A DNA stretch of 34,683 nt from a bacterium (GCA_021812425.1 JAKANM010000003.1:1-34683), one strand, 5' to 3'; shown: positions 1-8,685, counted from the first letter of the stretch. Made by a program: numbers and translations. The notes: generated from the letters alone by a model not told the origin.

Positions 1-754
1 CGGCAAAACCGAACTGGCCAAGACTCTAGCCAAAGTCCTCTATGCCAATCCGGAAGCCTTTATAAAATTAGACATGAGTGAATTCAACGAAAGTTTTGGC
101 GTCTCGAAACTTCTCGGCTCGCCGGCGGGATATATCGGATACAAAGAAAGCAACCATTTTACCGACAAAATAAAACTAAACCCGCACTGTGTGGTTCTGT
201 TTGATGAGATTGATAAAGCGCATCGCGATATTGTCAGGTTACTGCTACAAATTTTGGAGAACGGACAAATTACCGATTCGACCGGCAAAACTGTCTCGCT
301 TCGCCACGCTGTTATTATTCTTACCACTTCCTACGGCTCCGAAGAAATGAAAAAAAATGCTTTTGGCTTTGGAAACGCGGCCGTCAACGCCAAAGAAACC
401 AGACAGCGTCTTGTCGACAAACTCAAAGAATATTTTTCACCTGAAGTTATCAACCGGCTTGATCGCATCTGCTTCTTCAATACGCTGGATGCAGTTACGC
501 TTCAGAAACTCGCCGAACTCGAACTCAAACGTTTCAACGAACAGCTCCGCCATTACCACACTTCAATTTCTACCGACAACAAAGTCTTGGAGTGGGTCGT
601 CTCGCAAATTCCGGGAGCGAAAAGCGGCGCGCGCGAGGTGCGACAATTTATTCGCGAGCAAGTGGAAGGATTAATGACCGAAATTATCCTCCGAAAAAAA
701 GTAAAAAATAATTATCTGCTGACAGTCAGTGATAATGCTTTACTAGTTAAATAA
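1..754 (+). CDS. clpC: Clp protease ATP-binding subunit (ClpC/ClpA type), C-terminal AAA+ domain; 5' end lies outside the window
   Basis: Frame open from base 2: GKTELAKTLA (Walker A end), IKLDMSEF, GSPAGYIGY pore loop, VVLFDEIDKAH (Walker B), LLQILENG, FSPEVINRLD, GAREVR. An AFGF motif sits at the position of the ClpP-docking loop, favouring ClpC over ClpB. Confidence 0.85.
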   Translation, partial: GKTELAKTLAKVLYANPEAFIKLDMSEFNESFGVSKLLGSPAGYIGYKESNHFTDKIKLNPHCVVLFDEIDKAHRDIVRLLLQILENGQITDSTGKTVSLRHAVIILTTSYGSEEMKKNAFGFGNAAVNAKETRQRLVDKLKEYFSPEVINRLDRICFFNTLDAVTLQKLAELELKRFNEQLRHYHTSISTDNKVLEWVVSQIPGAKSGAREVRQFIREQVEGLMTEIILRKKVKNNYLLTVSDNALLVK

Positions 755-1473
755 TGTCTATTATGGCCGAAGGAGACCAAGCCATGACAAACCCACCAGG
801 CCTCGCCGCGAACGATCAAAGCGCGGTGGCTTCTGACCTCATGAAGGGTGATATTTCCGGCGATATAACATCGGTCTCAAAAAGGTCCGCTGGTCCGCAA
901 GCAGAAGTCGGAGAAGGCCAGCAACAAAATATCCAAACAAGCCTCGGCGCCGAAAGACAACGTCTACAGCAAATTCAAAGAGCGGAAGCAAAACTTACCG
1001 GAGAAGGAGCGGGGGCGGAAGCAGGCGGCAAGCTTTTTGGCGGCATAACCGGCGTGATTTTACAAAAAATCCCCGGGGTCGGCATGCTGATAAACAGATT
1101 TAAAAAATCCGCCGATTTAGAAAGTAAAATCAAGACACTTGAAAAAATGAAACGACGTTTAAAACTGGCGAAAACTACAGCGGCCATTGTCGATGCGATC
1201 AGACGATGGTCAGAGGCGGTCGCGGCGAGTAGCGAAACGATTGTCATCCCAATTTTTTTGGTGATCGGTTTCATCCCGTGGGTGATGTTCAGCGTCATCT
1301 TTGATCTTGGTCCGACCGCAAAAACGATTAACCAAGTTACAAAAAAAGCCGACAAAACGTTGTCGATGCTAAAAAAACTTGTCCAACAAAATGCGCAACG
1401 AAAAGCGGCGCTGAATGATCTAAGAGGAGCAGAAATTTCCGCCGCGCGTGAACAAGTTGAAAATGCCGCGTAA
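754..1473 (+). CDS. Hypothetical membrane-associated protein (Q/G/A-rich N-terminus, helical/coiled-coil segments, one long hydrophobic stretch)
   Basis: 239-aa ORF whose ATG overlaps the clpC stop (TAATG). Hydrophobic segment TIVIPIFLVIGFIPWVMFSVIF lies between Lys-rich helices. No family recognised. Confidence 0.75.
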   Translation: MSIMAEGDQAMTNPPGLAANDQSAVASDLMKGDISGDITSVSKRSAGPQAEVGEGQQQNIQTSLGAERQRLQQIQRAEAKLTGEGAGAEAGGKLFGGITGVILQKIPGVGMLINRFKKSADLESKIKTLEKMKRRLKLAKTTAAIVDAIRRWSEAVAASSETIVIPIFLVIGFIPWVMFSVIFDLGPTAKTINQVTKKADKTLSMLKKLVQQNAQRKAALNDLRGAEISAAREQVENAA

Positions 1474-1510
1474 TTTTTAAGTAAATGTATATATTTGAAA
1501 TTTTTCGTCT

Positions 1511-2743
1511 ATGAACCCCACCCTCAAACGCTTCCTCCTCATCGTCGGCCTCCTAGGTATTGCTTTTGTGATTAGCTTCGCGCTCTATAATGTTTTCAAA
1601 AAAGGACAGCCAGGAGCGCCTACTCAGCCGGGCGGTATCGGTCCTGGAGGTGTACCGAGTGGAATTTTACCAGGCGCTGGTTTTCGCGCCACCACTACCG
1701 GGGGCGAGGGCGTAAGCGGACCAGGAATACTGCCAAGCGCGAATATTGTTATCGGTTCTGCCAATGAAAATTATTATCGTCCGGCGGCCGTCACCAAACT
1801 CATCTCCGAAAACGCGGTCTTTCCTTCTCTATCAAACGGAAGCGTCCGCTTTCACAACGAAACTGACGGTAAATTTTATTCCCTGGGACCGGACGGAAAA
1901 ATGCGATCGCTAAGCGACCAAGTATTCTATAATGTCCAGAATGTCGTCTGGGCAAAAACTGCCAACAAAGCGGTCATAGAATATCCCGACAACAGCAAGA
2001 TAATTTACAATTTTGAAACCAAAACTCAGACTACACTCCCGAAACACTGGGAGGATTTTAGCTTCTCCCCTGATAGCACAGAAATAGCCGCCAAGAGCCT
2101 CGGTCTAGCGCCGGAAAACCGCTGGCTTATTACCACCAAAGACGATGGCTCAGGCGCTAAACTTATCGAACCGCTCGGCAATAACGCCGACAAAGTAACC
2201 ATGGATTGGTCGCCAAGCCGACAAACGGTTGCCTTCTCCCAAACCGGCGAAGCGCAAGGCGCTGACCGCAAAGAAATTTTGTTCCTCGGATTAAATGGTG
2301 AGAATTTCAAATCTATTATAGTTGAAGGTCTTGATTTCCAACCGCAATGGTCGCCCACCGGGCAAAAATTGCTTTATAGCGTCGACAGCGCGCGTAGCGA
2401 CTTCAAACCGGAACTCTGGATCGTAAATTCCTATGGAGATAATATTGGCGCGGGCCGTCAGCTTCTGCAGGTAAACACCTGGGCCAAAAAATGCGCTTTC
2501 GCCGATGACAGTACGCTCATTTGCGGGGTACCGCGGTCTCTCCCTGAGGGCGCTGGTATGTCACCCGCCATCGCAGCCGATACTCCCGACGATCTCTACC
2601 GGATCGACATCAAGACCGGCATTCGGACCCCCCTGCCGCTCGACAGGAACTACACGATTGATTCTATTTCATACGATGCCACCGGCCGAAAAGTCATTTT
2701 CACCGACCACCATCAAACTGGCGCATTTCAGGTAGCTCTCTAA
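1511..2743 (+). CDS. Membrane-anchored beta-propeller protein (TolB/PD40-like repeats)
   Basis: N-terminal TM (FLLIVGLLGIAFVISFALY), G/P/T-rich linker, and periodic blade motifs VVWAKT, FSFSPDS, DWSPSR, PQWSPTG, ISYDATG. Confidence 0.75.
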   Translation: MNPTLKRFLLIVGLLGIAFVISFALYNVFKKGQPGAPTQPGGIGPGGVPSGILPGAGFRATTTGGEGVSGPGILPSANIVIGSANENYYRPAAVTKLISENAVFPSLSNGSVRFHNETDGKFYSLGPDGKMRSLSDQVFYNVQNVVWAKTANKAVIEYPDNSKIIYNFETKTQTTLPKHWEDFSFSPDSTEIAAKSLGLAPENRWLITTKDDGSGAKLIEPLGNNADKVTMDWSPSRQTVAFSQTGEAQGADRKEILFLGLNGENFKSIIVEGLDFQPQWSPTGQKLLYSVDSARSDFKPELWIVNSYGDNIGAGRQLLQVNTWAKKCAFADDSTLICGVPRSLPEGAGMSPAIAADTPDDLYRIDIKTGIRTPLPLDRNYTIDSISYDATGRKVIFTDHHQTGAFQVAL

Positions 2744-2747
2744 CCTT

Positions 2748-3398
2748 ATGACATTTACCAACCGAAAACTCTTCGCTATCCTTCTTATTCTAACGACCAT
2801 CATCGGCCTCCTGCTTTGGAGAGAAATTAGAAATTTTGAGTCAATCACAACTTCCGCCTCGACCGAACCCCTCATCGCCGACAATAGCACTCCGCTCGAT
2901 ATTTCTTCCTCCGACCAAAGCCTGAATCCCGGCGGGCAACTAATCGTCGTCGAATACCAAGACCTAGGAAATTCTAAAGCAAAAATCCTGCATCAAGAGC
3001 TAACCAGTTTTGCGGAAAAAAATCCTGGCGTTCGTCTTGTTTTCAAACACGCGCCGATCGCGCATTTATTTTCTGACGGCGTCCTCGCCCACAAAGCCGC
3101 CTACTGCGCCGGATTACAGCATAAACTATGGTCATTTTTGGATAATTTGATTTCACGCGACTACGATCTGCGTGAGTCCGGAGTCCAAAAAGCGGCGGAG
3201 GAAACCGGACTTAACCTGCCTTTGTGGTCAACCTGTCTTGCGTCGGAAAATACCGCCGCTGCCATCAAAAAAGATTACGATGAGGCGAAAAGCCTTGAGC
3301 TTGGCGAGCCCCCATTAATTTTCATTAACAATAAAAAATTAAATACGAAACTTGATATAAATATTTCCGACTTGCTCTCGACCTTAATTGCCAAATAG
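2748..3398 (+). CDS. Membrane-anchored DsbA/BdbD-like thioredoxin-fold protein without the CxxC active site
   Basis: N-terminal TM; IVVEYQD, VRLVFKHAP, AHKAAYCAGLQHKLW, W-x-x-CL and AKSLELGEPPLIFINN follow the DsbA pattern, but the CxxC position reads NSKA. Confidence 0.8.
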   Translation: MTFTNRKLFAILLILTTIIGLLLWREIRNFESITTSASTEPLIADNSTPLDISSSDQSLNPGGQLIVVEYQDLGNSKAKILHQELTSFAEKNPGVRLVFKHAPIAHLFSDGVLAHKAAYCAGLQHKLWSFLDNLISRDYDLRESGVQKAAEETGLNLPLWSTCLASENTAAAIKKDYDEAKSLELGEPPLIFINNKKLNTKLDINISDLLSTLIAK

Positions 3399-3400
3399 CT

Positions 3401-4891
3401 ATGAAACGTCTTATATTTTTTATTCTTTGCATCGGATTGGTGATTTTTTATCGACCCCAATCCGTTTTCGCGGGATCATGTAAGTGCGATAAGAGCTTCA
3501 CGAACGTCGATAATACTACTATCCCGGATGCCTGCTACCCAAACCCCGTAAATAACGCTTCAGAATGCGCCGGCCGATTGGTCGATTCAAGCAGTGGCGA
3601 ATATATGAATTGTGTTTTCTGCTCTGACAATACGTGCTCGCTAGCCAGTTGTGAAGATTATGGACTTACTTCCGGCGGCGTAAATTGTACGACCGAAGAT
3701 AATTGCCGACAGATGGTCGGAAGCCCAACCGGAGTGGCCAAATGCCTGCACAGCGTCTGCTATTTCGATGCGGCGGCGCTGGCGTCAAAAGATAACCAAA
3801 CCGGCGTCCTTGGGATCGGTGAGGTGGTGAAGGTAAGCAATCCCACGCTGGAAATAAAAATCCCCGGACTAAATTTTAAGCCAATCGATCAAACGGTTGA
3901 TTCGGAGGGTTACCTCCATCTTACTTCTCTTGCCGAATACCTCGCCGCAGTTTATAAATTCGCGCTCGCGGCGGCGAGTATCGTGGCGGCGATCATGATC
4001 GTGGTTAACGGCTTTCGTATTTCGATATCGGCCGGCGGTGAACAAAAAAATATCGGGGTCAAACATATAACCCAAGCCGTCATCGGACTCGTGATCCTTT
4101 GGAGTTCATATTTTTTGTTCTATACGATCAATCCCGAGTTGGTGCAATTTAAGGCGCTGAAGGTTAGATTTATAAAACCAATAATTCTCCCCGAGATAGA
4201 AACAAGTATTTCAACTGGAAACGCCACTACTGGCCCTGCCCCCACTGGCTTAATGCAAATTCCGGACTCAACCCTTATTACCAACAAAGGAACTCAGCAG
4301 GCCTTGCCTGACGTTGTAACTGCTTTGCAAAGAGCCGTAGATGATTCTCAGGTAAAAATAATCGTTAGTAGTAGCTTCCGACCAGCATCAACTCAATACT
4401 CTCTGATGCAAAGCATGTGCGGCTGCCCAGCTGAATCGACCCTCGCACCTAACCTAAGTATGTCGGCGTTGAGCGCGCTCTGCACGTCATGTAGCGGCTG
4501 CCAGGCTGCCTGCGACTTAACTAGAGTAAACGGAGTTTTTCAGGCGCCGGCTATGAGCCACTTTGCCGGCAACACCGTCGATATCGCTTCCGCCGCGGAA
4601 GGCTCCAAGACAAATTGCACTGGCTCGGATGCTAACGTTAATTCAAGTATTAATGTTGTTATGACTCCGACCACAATTAACAATGCAACAACCTGCGTTC
4701 CTGAAGAGCAACAAAAATTAATCAAAGCGATGTTAAATAATGATTTTTGCGTGGGACTAAAAGCTAGCAGTCTGAGCTTGCGAGAATCCTGGCACTTTGA
4801 ATATACTAAAGCAGGCCTACCGGTTTCTGGCTTCTGCACTAACGATCTCAACGATGCAAATCTGCAAAAATTATATTACGTTCAAAATTGA
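3401..4891 (+). CDS. Signal peptide + Cys-rich domain + VirB2/TrbC-like pilin hairpin + M15-family (VanY-like) Zn peptidase fusion
   Basis: Signal peptide ending VFA. Two-TM segment LAEYLAAVYKFALAAASIVAAIMIVVNGF-SAGG-KHITQAVIGLVILWSSYFLFYTINPEL. C-terminal motifs SSFR-x4-Q, H-x6-D (SHFAGNTVD) and ExxH (ESWH). Confidence 0.8.
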   Translation: MKRLIFFILCIGLVIFYRPQSVFAGSCKCDKSFTNVDNTTIPDACYPNPVNNASECAGRLVDSSSGEYMNCVFCSDNTCSLASCEDYGLTSGGVNCTTEDNCRQMVGSPTGVAKCLHSVCYFDAAALASKDNQTGVLGIGEVVKVSNPTLEIKIPGLNFKPIDQTVDSEGYLHLTSLAEYLAAVYKFALAAASIVAAIMIVVNGFRISISAGGEQKNIGVKHITQAVIGLVILWSSYFLFYTINPELVQFKALKVRFIKPIILPEIETSISTGNATTGPAPTGLMQIPDSTLITNKGTQQALPDVVTALQRAVDDSQVKIIVSSSFRPASTQYSLMQSMCGCPAESTLAPNLSMSALSALCTSCSGCQAACDLTRVNGVFQAPAMSHFAGNTVDIASAAEGSKTNCTGSDANVNSSINVVMTPTTINNATTCVPEEQQKLIKAMLNNDFCVGLKASSLSLRESWHFEYTKAGLPVSGFCTNDLNDANLQKLYYVQN

Positions 4892-4897
4892 TCCGGC

Positions 4898-6229
4898 ATG
4901 AACAAGAATGTTTCAATATTCAAATGTTCCTCCTGCGACGCTCAGTATTCCAAATGGACTGGGCGTTGTTTAGAATGTGGAAAATGGGGAACTATCGTTG
5001 AAAGCTCAAAACCCCAATCGCCAATTTCCAAATCCACCGTACCGGCGGCGAAGACAGTGAAACTTGAAGAAATAAAAAGTGAAGGTGTTAGACGAGTGAA
5101 AACTAATATCGATGAACTTGATCGGGTGTTGGGCGGCGGTCTAGTCCCCGGCAGTCTAATCCTGCTTGGCGGCGAACCTGGAATCGGTAAATCCACTCTG
5201 ACGATCGAAATGGCTGCGAAGATTCAGAATGCGCTGGTAATTTCCGGCGAAGAATCAATCGGCCAAATAAAACTTCGCGCTGATCGGCTCAACATAAATT
5301 CCAAAAGTCTTGAACTAGCCAATGAAACAAACATCGAAATAATAATCGCGACGATTCTCACTAAAAAACCAACGCTCGTGATCATCGACTCAATGCAAAC
5401 GATTTTTTCTGCTGAAGTCGAGGGCGAAGCCGGCTCCCCCACCCAGATCCGGGCCTGCACCACCAAGCTCCTCGAAGCAGTGAAACCAACCCAGACCACC
5501 GCTGTCATCGTCGGCCATGTCACCAAAGAAGGAATAGTCGCCGGACCAAAAACCCTCGAACATTTGGTCGACACGGTTGTATATCTCGAAGGCGACCGCC
5601 ATCATTTTTATCGAATCCTTAGAACCGTAAAAAATCGCTTCGGATCAACCGATGAAGTCGGGGTATTCCAGATGCATGAAGGCGGTCTCCGCGAAGTCAA
5701 AAATCCTTCCGCTGCTTTTCTCTCGGAACGAGGAGAAAATCTTCCAGGAAATGTTCTGACCTGTCTGATCGAGGGTACGCGCCCCCTCATTGTCGAAGTG
5801 CAGGCGTTGGTTACCAAAACGGCCTTTGGCTATCCGACTCGCAAAGCCAGTGGTTTTGATTTGAACCGTCTGCACGTTCTAATAGCCGTGCTACAAAAAC
5901 GCGCGAAGCTCCAGCTCGAAAGCTATGATATCCATATCAACATTGCCGGCGGACTTACGGCCGACGAACCAGCCGCTGACCTCGCCATTGCTCTCGCCAT
6001 CGCTAGCGCCTACAAAGACAAACCGCTCGGCGGCGACCTCGTCGTCTTCGGAGAAATTGGACTTGGCGGCGAGGTCCGACCAATCGTTCAAGTAGAAAAA
6101 AGAATAAAGGAATGTGAACAGCTGGGTATGAAACGAATTTTAACCAATACCGGATCAAAAAAACTTACCTCGTCTAAACTTAAAATCCTGGACATCAAAA
6201 ATATCCAGGAGATAATCAAACACACCTAA
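4898..6229 (+). CDS. radA: DNA repair protein RadA/Sms
   Basis: C4 zinc finger CSSC/CLEC, Walker A GEPGIGKST, KNRFG motif, Lon-like C-terminal domain with GEIGLGGEVR. Confidence 0.97.
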   Translation: MNKNVSIFKCSSCDAQYSKWTGRCLECGKWGTIVESSKPQSPISKSTVPAAKTVKLEEIKSEGVRRVKTNIDELDRVLGGGLVPGSLILLGGEPGIGKSTLTIEMAAKIQNALVISGEESIGQIKLRADRLNINSKSLELANETNIEIIIATILTKKPTLVIIDSMQTIFSAEVEGEAGSPTQIRACTTKLLEAVKPTQTTAVIVGHVTKEGIVAGPKTLEHLVDTVVYLEGDRHHFYRILRTVKNRFGSTDEVGVFQMHEGGLREVKNPSAAFLSERGENLPGNVLTCLIEGTRPLIVEVQALVTKTAFGYPTRKASGFDLNRLHVLIAVLQKRAKLQLESYDIHINIAGGLTADEPAADLAIALAIASAYKDKPLGGDLVVFGEIGLGGEVRPIVQVEKRIKECEQLGMKRILTNTGSKKLTSSKLKILDIKNIQEIIKHT

Positions 6230-6230
6230 A

Positions 6231-8282
6231 CTACTCAAGGTGCACCGATTCTTTCCACTCTTTCATTTTTTTGACGAGTTCCGGAAATTCTAAAAGTTGA
6301 GATAAAATCACTCGCGCCGACTCACGGGCTTTTTTTATTAAAGCAGTGTCGGAAAGTTTAGCGAGGCGGAGCTGCATCATTCCACTCTGAGTAGTCCCAT
6401 AGACTTCCCCGGGGCCACGCAACTCCAAATCTTTTTCAGCCAGTTCAAAACCATTTTGATGTTTTTCAAAAAAACGCAGCCGCTCCAGGGTCCTGCTCGA
6501 ACCGTTATCCGAAAAAACAAAACAATAAGACTGCTTGTCACTGCGACCGACTCGGCCTCTAAACTGATGTAACTGCGCAAGACCAAACCGATCCGCGCCT
6601 TCGACCATCATGACAGTCGCGTTCGGCACATCCACCCCAACCTCGATCACCGAAGTCGAAACCAAAATATCATTTTCCTTATTTTTAAACGCCGCCATTA
6701 TTTTTTCTTTTTCTTCACCTTTCATTTTTCCATGCAAATAACTTACGCGCATCTCTGGAAAAATCTGCTCGGATAATTTTTTGTATTCGGTGAGGACGGA
6801 TTTTTTTTCGATCTGCGCGGAAGGGTTGTCTTCTATCAACGGACAAACGACGAATACTTGCCCACCTTTTTCTACTTCTTTACGGATAAACTCATACGCC
6901 TTGTCGCGATTTCGCGGCTCGACGATCCTGGTCGTGACCGGCTTTCTGCCAGGCGGCATCTCTCTGATGATCGAGACATCAAGATCTCCGTAGACCATCA
7001 GGGCGAGCGAACGCGGGATCGGTGTCGCCGTCATGCTGAGAAAATGCACTCCACGTCCTTTTTCTTTGATTACCTTACGTTGTAAAACTCCAAAGCGATG
7101 CTGTTCATCCACGACCGCGAGGCCAACATTTTTAAATTCGACCCCTTCGGAAAGCAAAGCATGTGTCCCCAGGATCACATTCGCCTCGCCTGAGGTGATT
7201 ATTTTTTGCAGTTCTTTTTTTGAGACCTCGGACCTCTCCTGATTTTTAAATATTAAATGTTGTGAACGAGTAAACAAGGCTAGCGTCTGGTCGGGCAATA
7301 ATCTGCAAACCGAATCAAAATGCTGAAATGCCAAGATTTCCGTTGGCGCCATCATGATCCCCTGAAAACCGGAAAGGACGGCATTATAAAGAGCGACCGC
7401 GGCGACCACCGTCTTGCCGGACCCGACGTCGCCCGACAACAACCTGTTCATCGGCGCTTCTTCCGCAATATTTTTTAAAATTTCCCAGGCCGCGATTTTT
7501 TGATCCTTGGTGAGGATGAACAGCAAACCAGCCACAAACTTTTTAATTTCCTCCTCATGAAAAGTCAAAGCCGGAGCCCGAAGCACGGTCCGTTCATGGC
7601 GTGCGAGCTCCGTCTGCAGCTGGACTAAAAATAATTCATCAAACTTCAGACGTTCAGTCGCAGAATTAATTTGCGCGTCAGAATCCGGGAAATGAATTTG
7701 CTTTATCGCCTCTCCCAACGTGATAAGATTATTTTCTTTTTTAATTTTCTCCGGCAGCCAATCTACGAGATTGGACGCGGCCGGCAACGACTGCTCGACC
7801 AAAAATCGAACTTGCTTCTGCGTGATTCCTTCGGTAAGAGGATACATCGGCACAAGACGAGCAGTATGGATATTACGCCGTGAGGCCAATTCATAAGCGG
7901 GACTTACAAACTGCAGACCAAGCGAATCGCGTTTTACCACTCCGGAAATATAAACTTCGGTGCCGGTCTCAAGATTTTTTGTGAGGTACGGCTGATTAAA
8001 CCAAACTAATCTAATGCTCCCAGTCTCATCGGTAAGCAGCGCTTCAGTAAGACTACGTCGATTGCGAATACGACGATTGGCGATCAATTCGATTGCGCCT
8101 TTCACTGTGACCGCATCACCCTCCCGTAACTCCTTAATCGGCGCGACGCGGCTGAAATCCTCATAGCGAAAAGGGTAGTGATGAAGTAAATTATTAACTG
8201 TAAAAATGCCAAGCCGTTCCAATCTTTTGGCTGTGGTCTTTCCGACTTTGTTCAAAGCCTCAATTCGTGTTTCTAGGTTCAT
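6231..8282 (-). CDS. recG: ATP-dependent DNA helicase RecG
   Basis: Wedge domain WFNQPY, RLLSGDVGSGKT, VDEQHRFG, MTATPIPRSL, QLHQFRGRVGR, DLELRGPGE. Start is 8282 (MNLETRI) or 8300. Confidence 0.97.
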   Translation of the reverse strand: MNLETRIEALNKVGKTTAKRLERLGIFTVNNLLHHYPFRYEDFSRVAPIKELREGDAVTVKGAIELIANRRIRNRRSLTEALLTDETGSIRLVWFNQPYLTKNLETGTEVYISGVVKRDSLGLQFVSPAYELASRRNIHTARLVPMYPLTEGITQKQVRFLVEQSLPAASNLVDWLPEKIKKENNLITLGEAIKQIHFPDSDAQINSATERLKFDELFLVQLQTELARHERTVLRAPALTFHEEEIKKFVAGLLFILTKDQKIAAWEILKNIAEEAPMNRLLSGDVGSGKTVVAAVALYNAVLSGFQGIMMAPTEILAFQHFDSVCRLLPDQTLALFTRSQHLIFKNQERSEVSKKELQKIITSGEANVILGTHALLSEGVEFKNVGLAVVDEQHRFGVLQRKVIKEKGRGVHFLSMTATPIPRSLALMVYGDLDVSIIREMPPGRKPVTTRIVEPRNRDKAYEFIRKEVEKGGQVFVVCPLIEDNPSAQIEKKSVLTEYKKLSEQIFPEMRVSYLHGKMKGEEKEKIMAAFKNKENDILVSTSVIEVGVDVPNATVMMVEGADRFGLAQLHQFRGRVGRSDKQSYCFVFSDNGSSRTLERLRFFEKHQNGFELAEKDLELRGPGEVYGTTQSGMMQLRLAKLSDTALIKKARESARVILSQLLEFPELVKKMKEWKESVHLE

Positions 8283-8311
8283 AAACGCGACGTAGCCCAT
8301 ATAGCGAGCTT

Positions 8312-8320
8312 ATTATAACA
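8312..8320 (-). promoter_or_regulatory. Extended -10 promoter element for recG
   Basis: Minus strand reads TGTTATAAT (TGn + TATAAT) just upstream of recG; no clear -35. Confidence 0.6.
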
Positions 8321-8328
8321 GCTGCCAT

Positions 8329-8372
8329 AAAAAAAGAGAAAGCCCAGGTGGAAATGAATCCTAACACTGGGC
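8329..8372 (-). terminator. Intrinsic terminator after the 70-aa ORF
   Basis: Minus strand GCCCAG...CTGGGC stem followed by TTTCTCTTTTTTT. Confidence 0.6.
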
Positions 8373-8384
8373 GTGGGGTGACTA

Positions 8385-8597
8385 CTACTTCGCGTTTTGA
8401 TTGTCTGAGCGACCAGCCTTCAGAAAACGGTACAGGGCAACCGAGCTTATCAGCAAATCGCCGGACAAAACGTACGCGACGCCGAGAAAGATGGAAGCCG
8501 CCACAAAGTTGCCGCGGACGAACGACAGAACAAACAACGCGGCGGCAAAACCGAAACTGATTGCCCAAAACACTGCTATGGAGATTTCCTTGAACAT
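8385..8597 (-). CDS. Small two-TM hypothetical protein (70 aa)
   Basis: Two hydrophobic helices; AAGGA upstream of the ATG; has its own promoter-like element upstream and a terminator downstream. Confidence 0.65.
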   Translation of the reverse strand: MFKEISIAVFWAISFGFAAALFVLSFVRGNFVAASIFLGVAYVLSGDLLISSVALYRFLKAGRSDNQNAK

Positions 8598-8645
8598 TTG
8601 TCGTTATTCCTTTTTGCAGAAATAATTGTTTAATGCTTGGCACCA

Positions 8646-8675
8646 AATATAACCCGATTCGATAAATAAAGTCAA
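8646..8675 (-). promoter_or_regulatory. Sigma70-type promoter for the 70-aa ORF
   Basis: Minus strand TTGACT-N18-TATATT. Confidence 0.5.
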
Positions 8676-8685
8676 TGATTACCCC

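Noticed and set aside
4145-4891. Compositional shift marking the peptidase domain as recently swapped
   Set aside because: Spot counts of 60-nt lines gave both about 35% and about 60% GC within the domain, so no clear boundary can be claimed without computation.
4889-4891. UGA recoding (genetic code 25)
   Set aside because: Long genes contain no in-frame TGA, and TGA ends the pilin fusion 6 nt before radA, so code 11 fits.
8260-8646. Alternative ORFs (128, 70 and 74 aa) overlapping the 70-aa membrane ORF
   Set aside because: They lack matching RBS, promoter and terminator context and have Arg/Thr-rich shadow-frame composition.
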